A stretch of 64,000 nt of DNA from Lama glama (lineage: Eukaryota), in assembly GCA_028534125.1 (NCBI GenBank), contig CM052816.1, positions 11,968,001 through 12,032,000 of the forward strand. The letters run 5' to 3'. Of this stretch, positions 25,120-38,569 are shown piece after piece (within the stretch, counting starts at the first letter, position 1; every line of letters starts with the position of its first letter). Both the position numbers and the translations under genes were made by a program. The notes beneath the pieces are model-generated. The model made no database searches. It saw nothing but the letters and a program-made list of their open reading frames with translations, and was not told the DNA's origin.

Positions 25120-25290
25120 AGCAGAGGTCTTCAAACTTTGGAAGGCATTAGAAGGAGGTGTAAAAAGTACATATTCATGGGGCCGCTGTGGAGATTCGGA
25201 TCCAGCATGTGGGACTCAGGCGTGGGCATTTTTATCATGCTCTCTAGGTCATCCTGATGCCCCTAAATGACGCTGAAGGAAAACTGTCCT
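25120..25290. mobile_element. MER5-family hAT MITE (degenerate)
   Basis: cagaggtcttcaaactttg...ggagattcggatccagcatgtgggactcaggcgtgggcattttta. Confidence 0.45.
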
Positions 25291-25297
25291 GGAGACT

Positions 25298-25653
25298 CTC
25301 AGCAGTCCATTGGGGCTGCTCCTACAAACTACCACAGACGACTTAGCTTCTAAACTTACAAACAGCAGAAATGTAAGTATCACAGGTCTGGACACTGGAA
25401 GTCTCAGATCAGGATGCTAGTATGGTTGGGTGAGGGCTTTCGTCTGGTTTCAGACTCTTCTTTATATGGTCTCACAGCTAAAAAAGGCGAAGAATCTCTC
25501 TGGGTCCTCTTTTCTAAGACACTAATCCCATTCCTAAGGATCCATTCTCATGCTTAAGCTCCTCCCACAGGCCCCACCTCTAATACCATGACCTCTGGGG
25601 GTCAGGATTTCAACATCGGCATTTTGTGGGGCACAAACATTCAGGCCATAGCA
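25298..25653 (-). mobile_element. MLT1A-type MaLR solo LTR
   Basis: ggggctgct...taccacagac...ctggaagtc...cactaatcccattc...cctcccacaggccccacctctaataccat...tcaggatttcaacat...cacaaacattcaggccatagca. Confidence 0.85.
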
Positions 25654-25689
25654 GGCAGTACAGCCAGCTGTCCTCACAGTAGTTCCATG

Positions 25690-26680
25690 CTGACTTTGGG
25701 GTCTTCCTGCAGATTTTCACTTTAAATCCAAATTCAAGGTTGATATATTCATCTTCCTTCTTGACATCTCTACCTGGCTGTCTCTTAGTTATCTCATGTT
25801 TAGCCCAACACAAACCTTTTGATTTTTTTTCCCCTGCAGAGTATTGGCCTCCATACCTTTCCCAACCCAACAGTTAGAATTACTAACCACCTGGTCATTA
25901 AAATAAAAATCAGCAAGTCATCCTTGCCCCATCCTGTCCTGACCATACTTTTGACTTTTCTACTCTCCATCCTTCCTCCAATGTTTACTCTACCTCCAAA
26001 ATACATCTTTTATTTGTTGACTCTTCTCCATTGCTGCTGTCATCATCTTAGTCTAAGCCAACACTACATCACCTGTATTTCTTAAGTAATCTTTCCACTG
26101 GTCTTCCTGATTCCAGTCTGACTACTTCAGTTAACCTTCTACATAGGAGCTAGTGATTTTTCAAATATGTTAATCAAACCACAACACGTCTCCCACTTGA
26201 ATCATTCTAATGGGCTCTGAATGCAAACAGAATAAAGTCCATACCCCTTAGCATGGCCTGCCAAGCCACGCCTGGTTAGTCCCTGTGCAGATGCAGACAT
26301 ACCAGCTTTCTATCAGTTTGTAGGTTGAGCTTTGCCCTCTGCCCAGGGATGCTATCTATGCTCATGGTGTCATCTGCCTGCAAGGCTCTCCCTCTGAATC
26401 ACTTCGTCTAATCCTTTAGATCTCAGCTAAATTGTCACCAACTCAGAGAGGTGGATCCTTAGTTCCCTGGGCACTTTCTACCTCATAATCTCTTTCACAA
26501 GCTACGTTATTTCCCTTTTAGCATTTATCACTATCTAAAATTCTTTGTTGCTTGCTTCCCCCAATAGAATGTAACATCCATGAAGTCTGAAATCTCACGT
26601 GTCTTGTCCTTCTTTGTACCTCAGTGCCTAGCACCACACCTGGTAGTTAACAAAGACCTTATAGATATTTACTGCATTTA
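25690..26680 (+). mobile_element. L2 (3' ~1 kb, degenerate)
   Basis: ttgacatctctacctggctgtct; ctggtcttcctgattccagtc; agaataaagtcca; tcctttagatctcagctaaa; tgtacctcagtgcctagcaccacacctgg. Confidence 0.75.
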
Positions 26681-27799
26681 AATCCAGTGTTAATACGTTG
26701 CTTGAATATTTCCTTCTTTGAAAAATATGTAAAAACGGGATCATGTAGATAAAGGTATAATTAATCTAGAAAGTATAATTCTGGAAAAAGAAAAGAGTAG
26801 ATTTTGTACAATGTATCTCCTTTGTCCCTTAAAATCCCACACAGCAGAATCTTTTAAACTAGAAGACCCCACCCATCCATGCAGATTATCTGTAATCACA
26901 GGGAGTTTTGTAACTCATGGGTCTCTCTTCCCAAAGCAAAAGGAAGCTGTTCTCTTGACTCGTAACCCAGCCCACTGTGCTCATGGTGGCCTCCCCTGCA
27001 TGGATATAGAGGGTTCGCTGAACATAATGAAAGGTACTTGGCTCTAAGCAATTACAAAAACAAATGATGATGAACTGCTTTGTACTCTCCTCTGCTGTGA
27101 AACTCATCAGCTGTTAGCTCACAAAGCATCCTGTGGTGGAATGTGATTGCACTGTGAATGGTCAGACAAATGAAACTCAGGTGGATTCCTCCAAAGGCTG
27201 CATGAGGGCAATTCTCTTTGCTTAAGCGTTAGACACAGATTAAGTTCAAGTTCTTTCAGACAATAAAATGTTACTTTTTTTTCCCTTAGGAGCTAACATT
27301 TAGGAATTAGCTCAAATACAAATCTCTTTGAAAGCTGCCACTTTGCATTTTGAGTGACTTTAAGCATGCTCCACCTCTAAGCCAAAGGGGTCAAATAAAA
27401 AAGTAGTAATTAAGATCTTTTTATGTTTGCAATTATTTGGGTGGGTTGTTGTTTTCTTGGCCCTAATGCATTTTTCCGTTAACTGGTAGGCTCTTGATTT
27501 TGCTTCAGCAAAGAATCCTTCCCTAACTCTTAGCCCAAGTGATTCAGCTGGGATGAATCCACTCTGGATATAAGGAATGGAAACAATTCATAAGCTGTTC
27601 CCATCAGATTGTTTCTCCCTGGAGTTTAACCTTGAGTAGAGTAATTCAGTGATTGACAACGGTAGTATGTGAGGGTGGTCCAGAAGAGAGTTTCCACTGG
27701 TTTCTGTTACTAAAGTTTCCAGAGATCTCCGCTCCTTTTATTTTCAGAGCCTGCTTCTCAAGCTTTTCTTTTAGTTGTAAGAGCTATTCTATGTTATTA

Positions 27800-28415
27800 C
27801 ACTTGTTCTGATCATCTGTTGACTCATAGCAAACCACTTCAGAGTACAGTGGCATAAAATAAAAATAATTTTATTTAACTTACGGTTCTCTAAGTTAGGA
27901 AGTAGGGCAGGGCACAGAGTGCACGTCTAGTTTCTGCTCCACTGTGACTGGGCTGTCAGCTTACATGGCGGCAATAGCTAAAGATGGTTTGAGGAATTTA
28001 TATGTCAGTTCTGGCTGTGATCCAGATTCCTCATTTCTTCTCCATATTACATCTCCTGGCTGGTTTCTCTACTCACACGTCAGGGACCTCGGCAGGCTGG
28101 AATTGGCTCTTTTTCTTCGTGTGGCCCTTCCCATGGCTAGTTCAGGTTCCTCATTGCAAGTCAGTTCACAGAACGGTCAGACTTCTTGCAAGGTGGCTGG
28201 CTTCCCTCAGAGCAGATGCCCCAAGAGTACAAGCTGAAAGCTGTAAAGCTGCTTCTCACCCTGCCTTAGAAACCCAATAGCGCGGGGTTGGCCGAGTTCT
28301 GTTAGTCACCAATGAGTCACAGAATGAACCCAGATTAAAGGAAGGTAACTGCACAGGAGCATGAGGAGTGGGAGACGTTGTTCTTTCAAGTGTCATTGGA
28401 GACCAGCTAGCAAAC
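27800..28415 (-). mobile_element. MLT1G/H-type MaLR solo LTR
   Basis: caaaccacttcagagtacagtggcataaaa...tttctgctccac...gtcagacttcttgcaaggtggctggcttcc...aacccagattaaagg. Confidence 0.7.
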
Positions 28416-28690
28416 CCAAGAATTCCTTCAAAACTCAAGTTTCTGTTTCTTACAACTAAATAATCTTAGTTCCTCTAATTCTATACCTTGTGTTAAGGAA
28501 TGCTTGATAGCATTACTCGAATTTTAAGTGCTGTATAATAAAAATAAAATACTGAATACCTGTATTGGGCTATTACTTTTTAATTCTGCAAGTAAAATAT
28601 TAAAATATATATTCTATTATGACCACTTAATAAAGGGAAGGAGATTTAACACTTAAATGTTGGAAGGACTGAAACTCATAATCAAGAATA

Positions 28691-30626
28691 CAGATGACCC
28701 TTGAATAACATGGTTTGAACTGCATGGGTCCACCCATATGTGGATATTTTTCAATAAATATATCGGAAATTTCTGGGAAGATCTGTGATAGTTTGAGAAA
28801 GTTGAAAAAAAAACTATGGTCTAGAAGTATGGGAAAAGTAATTTAGGTATGTCATGAATGCATAAAATATATGGATACTACTTTATCATTTACTACTGTA
28901 AAACATACACAAAACTCTCATAAAAAGTTAAAGTTTATCAAACCTATGCACACAAACACAGATCATACACGGTGCTATTCACAGTCTAAAGATGTGAACA
29001 AATGTAAAGATGCAGCATTAAATCATAACTGCATAAAATCAACTGTAGTACATACTGTACTCCTGTAATAATTTCGTAGCCACCTCCGGTTGCTGTTGTG
29101 GCAAGATCAAATGTTCTAAGTATCCACTTAAAACACTGGGTAATGCTAATCATCTCCAAGTGAGCAGTTCATCTCTCCAGTAAACTGTGTATCACAGTAA
29201 GGAGTGATCTCTCATGATTCTCTTGTATTTTTCATCATCTTTAGTGCAATACCTTAAACCTTGAATAACACCACAGGACCAATACAAAGTGCCACTAATG
29301 GATGCTGCAAGTGCTCCCAAGACACAGAGAAAAGTCGTGACATTACAAGAAAAAGTTGATTCCTTGATATGTACCATAGATTGAGGTCTGCACCTTCAGT
29401 TGCCCGTCATTTCAAGATAAATGAATCCAGCTTAAAAACCATAGTGAAAAAAGGAAAGGAAATTTGTGACGCCATCACTGCAGCTACGTTAGCAGGCATG
29501 AAAACCTTGTATATTTTGCAAAATATCTTTTTTTAATCTTTTATTGAAAATGTTGGTGCAGGATTCCTTTTAGAAACACATACGTATAGATTCTAATATG
29601 ATTTGAGAAAAAGCAAAGTCATTATATGACAACTTAAAGCAAAAAGAAGGTGTAAGATAAAGCAGGAGAATTTAGTTCCAGCAAAGAATGGTTTGGTAAT
29701 TTTAGATAGAGGTTTGGCTTAAAAAATGTCAAAATAATGGAAGCAGCAGCTTCTGCTGACCAAGAAGCTACAGATGAGTTCCCAGATGCTACTAAGAAAA
29801 TCACTGAAGAGAAAGGTCATCTGCCTGAATAGGTTCTTTAAGACAGACCAAAGTGCCCCATACTGGGAAAAAAAAAAATGCCGCAAAGGACATTCATTAG
29901 TAAGGAAGAGAAGCAAGCACCAGGATTTTAGGCAGGAAAGAACAGGTTAACTCTACTGTTTTGTCTAAATGTAGTCAGGTTCATGATCACAGTTGCCTTT
30001 ATCTTCAAAGCTGTTTAACCCTGAGCCTTGAAGGAAAAAGGTAACATACCAGTTGCCAACGTTTTGGTTGCACAATATGAAGGCTTGGATAATGAGAACC
30101 CTTTCTCTAGATTGGTTCCATTGATAATTTTCCCCTGAAGTCAGGAAGTAAGGAACTGCCTTTTAAAGTTCTTTTGATATTGGACAATGCTCCTGGCCAC
30201 CCAGAGCCCCACAAGTTGAACAATGAAGGCAGTGACATGGTATATTTGCTGCTGAACACAATGTCTCCACTTCAGCCTCTAGATCAGGGGTCATAAGGAT
30301 TTTTAAGGCTCATTATACCCATATACTCTATGGAAAGGATTATCAACATGGAAGAGAACCCCGACAGAGAGAACATTATGAAAGTCTGGAAGGATTATAC
30401 CAGTGGAGATGCCATTGCCAATAGAAAATTCCATGATATCCATCAAGCCTCAAAACAATAAATTCCTCCTGGAGAAAACTGTGTCTATATGTTGTACATG
30501 ACTTCACAGCATTTATGACAGATCCAATTAATGAAGTCATAAAGGAGATTGTTGATATGATAAAAAAAGGTTAGGGGTGAATGTGTATCTATCTTGGAGA
30601 AGTTCAAGAGCTAAGAGACACCATAC
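28691..30626 (+). mobile_element. Tigger2 (TcMar-Tigger/pogo DNA transposon): left end plus most of a decayed transposase; right end missing
   Basis: TA target dinucleotide at 28689-28690, then the TIR cagatgacccttgaataacatgg. Transposase remnants include HTH KVVTLQEKVD, the DDE motif LILDNAPGHP (~30172) and QPLDQGVI (~30273). Many stops and frameshifts; similarity ends abruptly at gacaccatac. Confidence 0.92.
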
Positions 30627-31138
30627 TAAAGATGAAAAAGTGGGAAATGATTTGCAGCATCTCTTAGAGATGGTTGCTACACACGCAAGATCTGCAGAAA
30701 AACATCTTGAGGAACAGACTGCTAAAGCTGATAGAGAATATGAAGAATACATGTCTGAGGATCTCTTGGAAAATATTAAAGAGCTCAGAGACAGGTGTAA
30801 GAAGAAAGCTACTCTACACTTCAGGCTTCTGATGAATGAAGATAAAATGCTGATTATCTAAGCAAGAACTTAATTAACAGTGTACATTTTTAAATGTCAT
30901 CTGTAGGTTTTAAAAATCTTTAATATATTCTAAATCTTCCCTTACAATGAAGTCTCATGACCACATCTTCCCACACCCATGAAAAATTTTTGTATCTTTT
31001 ATCAAGCTAGTTCATTAACTTATATTATAGTACGTATGACCTGAAATTATAACTTGTTGGATTGTTATCTTTAGATATGAAATACCAGTTATATTATGTA
31101 CCTGGAGTTAATAAAATTGCACCCATTAAAAAAAAAAA
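30627..31138 (+). pseudogene. NDC80: 5'-truncated processed pseudogene of NDC80 (HEC1 kinetochore protein): last ~65 codons, 3'UTR and poly(A)
   Basis: 30637-30816 translates [60 protein letters not shown]. The recalled human NDC80 C-terminus is [61 protein letters not shown] frameshift precedes ...ASDE-TGA (30837-30839). AATAAA at 31110-31115; A11 at 31128-31138. Confidence 0.9.
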
Positions 31139-34100
31139 GATCCCCTATACCACAGAGACCAAGAGAAGGGTAAGGAGAAGAGGCTACAAGCTGACTATGC
31201 TGCCTCTCCCCTAGACCAGCCCAGCACCACGTGGAGAGTTCTTCCCTCAGCCTCTGGTTTCTCTAGTGGGAAAAGAGAACTTGAGAGAAAAACTAGCCCC
31301 CCACCCCCAACCTAGGCATTGTGGGTTGCTTTGTGAAAGGCCCTATTCTGATCCTGTACCACAAGGATTGCAGGGGCATCTACAATACGGCTGTGAAGGA
31401 GCAAAGCTTGAACAACCAGCACGTAGATATTGGCAGACCAAGTTCATTCCTCCAGAACCCAAGTAGTAATGCCAACCAGGGACTTTGCTCATCGACAGAT
31501 CAAAGTCTGGGACACATTCTGACCAGGAAACTCAGCTGTGTGCAGATCTGCCTGATTCAGCTCCTCAAACAAGTTTTGTCAGCCCTAGAGCCTAGTTTGC
31601 CCAAGGCAAGGAGCTGAATCATAGACCCATCCACTGTGGAGAGTATCTTCTGGCCCCATACAACCAGAAGGGATGGTGACAACTCCTGGAAGCAGTGCAG
31701 CCCAGTGGCACTTGGGCTGAGAGTAAATGGGCAGAGCTGATCACCCCCAGAGCAAAGCCATTACCAGGCACGGAGTGTTCTGGCGCTATACACAGGCAGT
31801 GGGATTAATTCCTAGCCAAGGCTGAGGGTAGCTCCCAGCCCCTCCCAATCAGAGAACTTACCTGGGAAACTGAGGGCAGTCTGGAGTGTTCCCTCCCACT
31901 CCTACCCAGGCAAGAGAGCTGAGACATAGCCCTACTGTGGCTTCATCTGACCTGAAGGGCTGGTGACAGCTCCTGGAAGCAGTCATCCAGAGGGACATGA
32001 GCCTCCAGGTGGGAAGGCAGAGCTAAGCATTTGCATACCAGAGCCAGTGGTCCTGCTTGGTTAGGGAACTGGGGATGTGGGCTGGCTTGCGGGAAGAAAA
32101 CAAAGAGCTTTACTAGCTTTAGAGCTATTTCTCCCCCTGCATCCAGGTAAGGAATGTTATTTGTAGTCCCACTCATTGCTGAGTACAGCCTTTAGCCTGT
32201 CCACCCAGGGAACCTAACCAGAGCATACAGAAAGCTCCATCACCCGTTCAGCAGCCCTCTGTACAGCGGCACTTGAACAGAGATTACAGTTCATGGCTAC
32301 TTCCATCTTCATAGCAAAAGTGGTGGCCTCACTTGACCAGGGAATTAAGTGCACACTCTGGACTGGTTCAGGCCCCCAGACAATGAGATGTATGTGCCTG
32401 GGTCCTGTCTTGCTGCCCTGCCAGGGCAGGAGAGCTAATTCATAGCCCCATTTACTACTTAATTTAGTACCCAGCTCTGGCCAACTAGTAAGCCTGACTG
32501 GAGAATTCAGGAAACTGTGGAGCCCATCTTATATCTTCACTTGGGTAGGGAATCAACCCAGCTGTCCTATTCAACTATTGTCAGCCAGTGGTGCCCCCTA
32601 CCCTACCCCCAACCTCAGAGCTTAAACAGTTGCCTTACCCAAAAATAAACCATCAAAGCAGGCCCCACCTGCCCAAGGACATTACCAGCAGACACACCCA
32701 AAACCCAACCTGAACTTGTTGGTGATGAACTATCTCTGCCAAAGCAAACCTGTGAAGTATGAGAGAGGATCCTGAATACTCATATGTAGATACACGTATA
32801 AACAGGCAAGGATCACAAAAAATCAGGTGAATATGATGCCACCAAAGGAAACTAATAAAAGCTTTAATAACTGACCCTAAAGAAATGCAGATTTGTGAAC
32901 TGTCTGACAAAGAAATCAGAGTAATCATCTTAAGCAAGTTTCGTGACCTACAAGAAAACACAGACAACTACACAAAATTAGGAAAATAATGCATGGACAA
33001 AATGAGGCATTTAATAAGAAAATAGCAACCACAAACAAAAAATAAATTAACAGAATTCCTAGCACTGAAAAAGATAATAATTGAACTGAAAATTCAATCA
33101 GCAGTTTCAAAAGTAGATTTGACGATGCAAAAGACAGAATCAGTAACCTGGAGGATAAGACATTGGAAATCATACAGTCAAAAGAGCAAAAAATTAATTA
33201 ATTAATTATAAAGAGTAGAGAAAGTCTATATGCGAATTATAGGGCACCATTAATATAAACAATATTCACATTATGAAAATTCCAGAAGGAGAAGAGAAAA
33301 AAAATGGACAGAAAGTATATTTAAAGCAATAATGGCTGAAAACTTACGGAAACTGGGGAGAGAAACAAAACATCCAGATCTCTGAGGTCCATAGGACCCC
33401 AAATAGGTTGAACCCGAATAGGGCCACCCTGAGACACATTATAATTAAACTGTCAAAAGTCAAAGACAAAGAAAGAGGTTTAAGAGCAGCAAGAGAAAAA
33501 AGAAGAAATACCTACAAGGCAACTTCCGTAAGGCTATCCGTAGGCTTCTCAACAAAAACACCTTTAGGGCAGGGGAGAACGGGATGACATATTTAAAACA
33601 GTGGAAGAAAATACGTCTCAGCCAAGAATTCTACACTCAAGCTGTTCTGCAGAGACAAAGGAGGGATAAAGACTTTCTCAAACCAACAAAAGCTGAGGGA
33701 TCACATTATCACCATACCTGCCTTATAAGAAATACTAAAGCAAGTTCTTTGAGTAGAAGTAACAGAATGCTAACTAACATCATAAAACATAAGAAGGTAG
33801 CTGTAAATCTCACTGGTAATGATCAATGTATAGTCATAGTTAGATTCTACTATATGGTAACAGTGGTGCATAATTCACACATAATTTTAGTTTGAAAACT
33901 AAAACATAGTAGTAAAAATAACCATGACTACAATAATCTGTTATTAGTTACATAATATTAAAAAAATGTGCATTATAACAAAAATAACCTAAAATGTGAG
34001 GGAGAAGAAAAGTAAAACTGTAAAGTTTATGAATTATATTGAAGTTGTTATCAGTTTAAAATAGGGTATTATAAGTTTAAGATATTTTACGTAAGCCTCA

Positions 34101-37100
34101 TGGTAACAAGGGAAAATCTTCTATTAATTACACAAAAGATCATGGTAAAGAAGTCAAAGCACACTGATACCAGAAGACGTCAAAACCCACCAAAAAAGAC
34201 AACAGGATACGAAATAAGAAATGATAAATCTACAGAACAGCCAGAAAACAATGAACAAAATGGCAACAGTAGGCCCCTACCTATCAATAATTACTTTAAA
34301 TGTAAACAGATTTAATTAATTTAAAGAAATGAACAAATAAAATTTAAAGATATAGAATGACTGAATGGATTTAAAAAACAAAGTGTAAATATTTCTATGC
34401 CTGGCATTGGAGCACCTAGATATATAAAACAGAAACTAACAAAGCTCAAAAGAGAAATTAACAGTAAAATAGTAAGAGTTGGGGACTTAATTCCCCACTC
34501 TCAATAATGTATGTATCATCCAAACAGAATCAATAAAGAACAAATTTGAGTAACACTGTAGATCTAACAGGCATAAACAGAACATGCCGTGCAACAACAA
34601 AGGAGTAGACACACTTCTCAAGTACGCATGGGACGTTTTCTAGAACAGACCATATACAGACCACAGAACAACTGTTACCAAATCCAAGAAGACTGAACTC
34701 ATACCAAATTTCTTCTCTGACCACAATGACATGAAACTAGAAATCAATACAAAAGGAAAACGAACATTCACAAACGCGTGGACATTAATCAACACTTTCT
34801 TGAACAACCAATGGATCAAAGAAGAAATTAAAGGGGGTATAAAAAAGTTTCTGTCCTGAGACATTAAAATGAAAATACTACACACCAGAACTTGTGGGTT
34901 GAAGCAAGAGCAGTTTTAAGAGGCAAGTTCATAGCAATAAATGCCTACATTAAGAACAAGAAAGATTCCGAAGAAGCAACTCTGTGCCTTAAGGAACTAG
35001 AAAAAGAACAAACAAAGCCCGAAGTTAGCAGAAGAAACGAAGTAAAAAAGATCAGAGCAAAAACAAACGAAACAAAGAACAGAAAAACAACAGGAAAGTG
35101 TAACCAAACTAAGAGTCGGTTCTTTGAAGAGATAAATAAAACTGACAAACTTTTAGCTACACTAACCAAGGAAAAGAGAAAAGACCTGAACCAACAAAAT
35201 TATAAATAAATTTTAAAATGGAGACATTACAATTGATACTACAGAAATTCAAAAGGCTGTAAGAGGCTACTGTGAACAACTGTGTGCCAACAAACTGGAC
35301 AACCTCGAAGAAATTTTAAAAATTCTTAGAAACACAAGATTTACTGAGACTAAATCAGGAAGAAAGAGAAAATTTGAATAACCCAGTTACTAGTAAGGAA
35401 ATTGAATCAGAAACCACAAATTTTTCAGTGAAGAAAAGCCCAGATGGCATCACTGGTGAATTTGCCAAACACTAAAGAAAAGAATTTGTAATAATCCCTC
35501 TCAATCTCTTACAAAAAAAAAAATCAAAGAGTAGGGGATTTTCCCAAACCCATTTTATGAGGCCAGCACTATCCTGACCCCAAATTCTTGATGAATACAG
35601 ATGCAAAAATGCTCAATAAGATACCAGCAAATTGAATTTAGCAGCACATTAAGAGAATCATACACCACTATCAGATGGGATTTATCCCTGGGAGTCAAGG
35701 ATGCAACATACACAAATCAATCAATGTGATACAACACATGAATAGAATGAATAAAAAATCATTTGACCAACTCAATGCAGAAAAAAAAGCATCTGACAAA
35801 ATTTGTATTCTCTCAGGATAAAAACTCTTAAATTAAGTACAGAAAGATCATATCTTAACATATTAAAGGCCATATATGACAAGCCCACAGCCAACATCAT
35901 ACTCAGTGGTAAAAAGTTGAACTCCTTTTCTCTAGGATCAGGAACAAGCCAAGGCTGCCCACTCTCACCACTCTTCTTCAGCGTAGTACTACAAGTCCTA
36001 GCTAGAGCACTCAGGTGAAAAAAAAAAGAAAAACAGGTATCAGAATTGGAAAGGAAGAAGTAAAACTGTCTCTCTTTGTAGATGACATGATTTTATATAT
36101 AGAAAATCCTCAATCAAAAACTGACAGATCTAATTAGTGAATTCAGTTAAGTTGCAGGATAACATAAAAATCAGTAGCCTTTCTGTACACTAACAATAAA
36201 TTTTCTGAAAAAGAAATAAAGAAGTTTATCCCGTTTGCAACAGCATCAAAAGCAATGAAAGAGGAAAAAATTTTACTATGAAAGTGAAGCATATCTACTC
36301 TGAAAACTGTAACACATACTGATGAAAGAAATCAAAGAAAACAAAAATAAATGGAAAGTTACCCATGTTCATGAGTTGGCAGAATTAATATTGTTAAAAT
36401 GACAACACTACCAAAAGCCATCTGTATATTCAATGCAATCCCTATCAAGATTCCAATGGTTTGGGAAATTTTTTCACAGAAGTAGAAAAAACAATACTCC
36501 TCAAATTTATATGGAACCACAAAACACCCTGAGGAGCCAGAGAAATCCTCAGAAAAGAGAACAAAGAAGGAGGCATCACACTTCTTGATTTCAAGCTATA
36601 CTATAAAACTATAGTCATGAAAACAGCATGGTACTGGCATAAAAACAGACAAACTAATGAAACAGGATCGAGAGCCCAGAGATAAACCTGAGCATGTACA
36701 GTCAACTAGTATTTGACAAAGGAGCCAAATATACTCAGTGGAGAAAAGACAGCCTCTTCAATAAACAGTGCTGGGATAATGGGATATTCACTGTAAAAGA
36801 ATGAAGCTGAGCCCCTGTCTTGTACCACCCAGAAAAATTAACTCAAAATAGATTAAAGACTTAAAGACCTGAAACCATGAAACTCTTAGAAGAAAATATA
36901 GGAATAAAATTCCATGATATAATGATTTTTTTTGGACATGACACCTAAAACACAAGGTAAAAAAAAAAATCAAAAGTAAACCAGTGGGACTACATGAAAC
37001 TAAAAGCTTCTTTACAGCAAAGGAAACCGTCAGTAAGTTGAAAAGACCATCTATGGAATGGAAAAAATATTTCCAACTATATATCTGATAAGGGGTTAAT

Positions 37101-38220
37101 ATCCAAAATATACAAAGAATTAATGTAACTCAACAGCAAAAAACCAAATAACCCAAGTAAAAAATGGGCAAAGGACCTGAATAGACATTTCTCTATAGAA
37201 GATATATGAAAGGCCAACAGACACATGAAAAAGATGCTCAACATCCCTAGTCATTAGGAAAATGCAAATTAAAACCACAACGAGAGATCATTTTGGGACT
37301 GTTAGGATGGCCATCATCAAAAAGACAGGGGACAAATTCTGGCTTGAACATGGAGAAAAGGGAGACTTTGTGCACTATTAGTGGGACTGTAAATTGGTAC
37401 ACTCAGGAAAATAGTATGGAGTTTCCACAAAAAATTAAAAATTGAATTGTCACATAATCCAGCAATTCTGTATCTGAGGATATATCCACAGGAAACAAAA
37501 GCACTAACTTCAAAAAGTATCTGCATGTCCATGTTCACAGCAGCATGTTTTCAATAGCAAAGACATGAAAACAACCTAAGTCTCCATTGATGAATGAATG
37601 GATAAAAGTTGTGACATATATATATGCATAAATATATTGTGTATACATATTGTATATATACACACAATGGAATATTATTCAACCACAGAAAATGAGGAAA
37701 TCCTCCATTTGCAACGTGGATAAACCTTGAAGGCATCATGCTGAGTGAAATAAGTCAAAGAAAGGCAATGTATGATCTCACTTATATGTGGTCTCTAAAA
37801 ATAACAAAAGACGAAACCATACTTAGAGAAAAAGAGATCAGATATGTGTTTATAAGAGGCAGAGGGTGGGGAGAGGGGACGTTAGAAGAAGGTTGTCGAA
37901 AGGTACAGACTTCCAGTTACAAGATAAATAATTACTAGGGATGCAATGTACAACATATTGACTATAGCTATCATTGGAGAATGATAAAGAGGAAAACTTA
38001 ATAGAACAAATCTTGTAAGTTCTCATCACAGGGAGAACTTTTTCCCTTTTTTCTTTTTACTTTGTTTTCTTTTTATTGTATCTATATGAGAAGATGGATG
38101 TTAGCTGAACCTACTGTGGTAATCACTTGACAAGATATAGAAATCAAACCATAACGCTGTACACCTTAAATTTACACAGTGAGGTATATCAATTATTTCT
38201 CAATAAAACTGGAAAAGATC
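31139..38220 (+). mobile_element. Nearly full-length decayed LINE-1 (~7.1 kb; L1M2-like 5' end, L1MA9-related 3' end)
   Basis: GC-rich 5'UTR 31139-~32790; ORF1 remnants ~32800-33790; long spacer. ORF2 from ATG 34260 (YLSIITLNVN), with [11 protein letters not shown] (~35947), LFVDDMILY (~36073), KTAWYWHK and MLSEISQ. 3'UTR ends aataaaactggaaaa. Multiple stops and internal deletions. Confidence 0.95.
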
Positions 38221-38569
38221 TGTGGTACTAATAAAAGACAAAAAAAGAATAATCTTTTACATTTTAGAATAATTCATCTCTCTTAAATGTAAAAATCATT
38301 TTCTGAAAAACTCACATTTTTTTGCTCATTTTGCCCCCGAGCAATGAAATCTTTCTCATGGGTTGGCAGTAGTTCACAGAAGGGCTTTTGAGAACTCCTG
38401 CCCTCCAGGAAAGAAATGCTGAAGTGTGAGATCCACACAAGTTGTCACAGATGTTCAGAGAACGGTGCAAGGAGAATACTGGTCAGGGAAGTCATTGTAG
38501 AAGAGGCAGGGAGGCAGAGAAGAGGCAGGAGCTCAGTACAGCAAAGGGGAACGAAGAAGGTCGCAGAAA

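Noticed and set aside
29270..30626. Domesticated Tigger transposase gene (TIGD-like)
   Set aside because: Numerous stops and frameshifts and a lost start codon indicate a neutral fossil.
30627..31138. Terminal exon(s) of the real NDC80 gene
   Set aside because: No splice acceptor, no upstream exons in the window, a genomic poly(A), a frameshift before the stop, and direct fusion to Tigger2.
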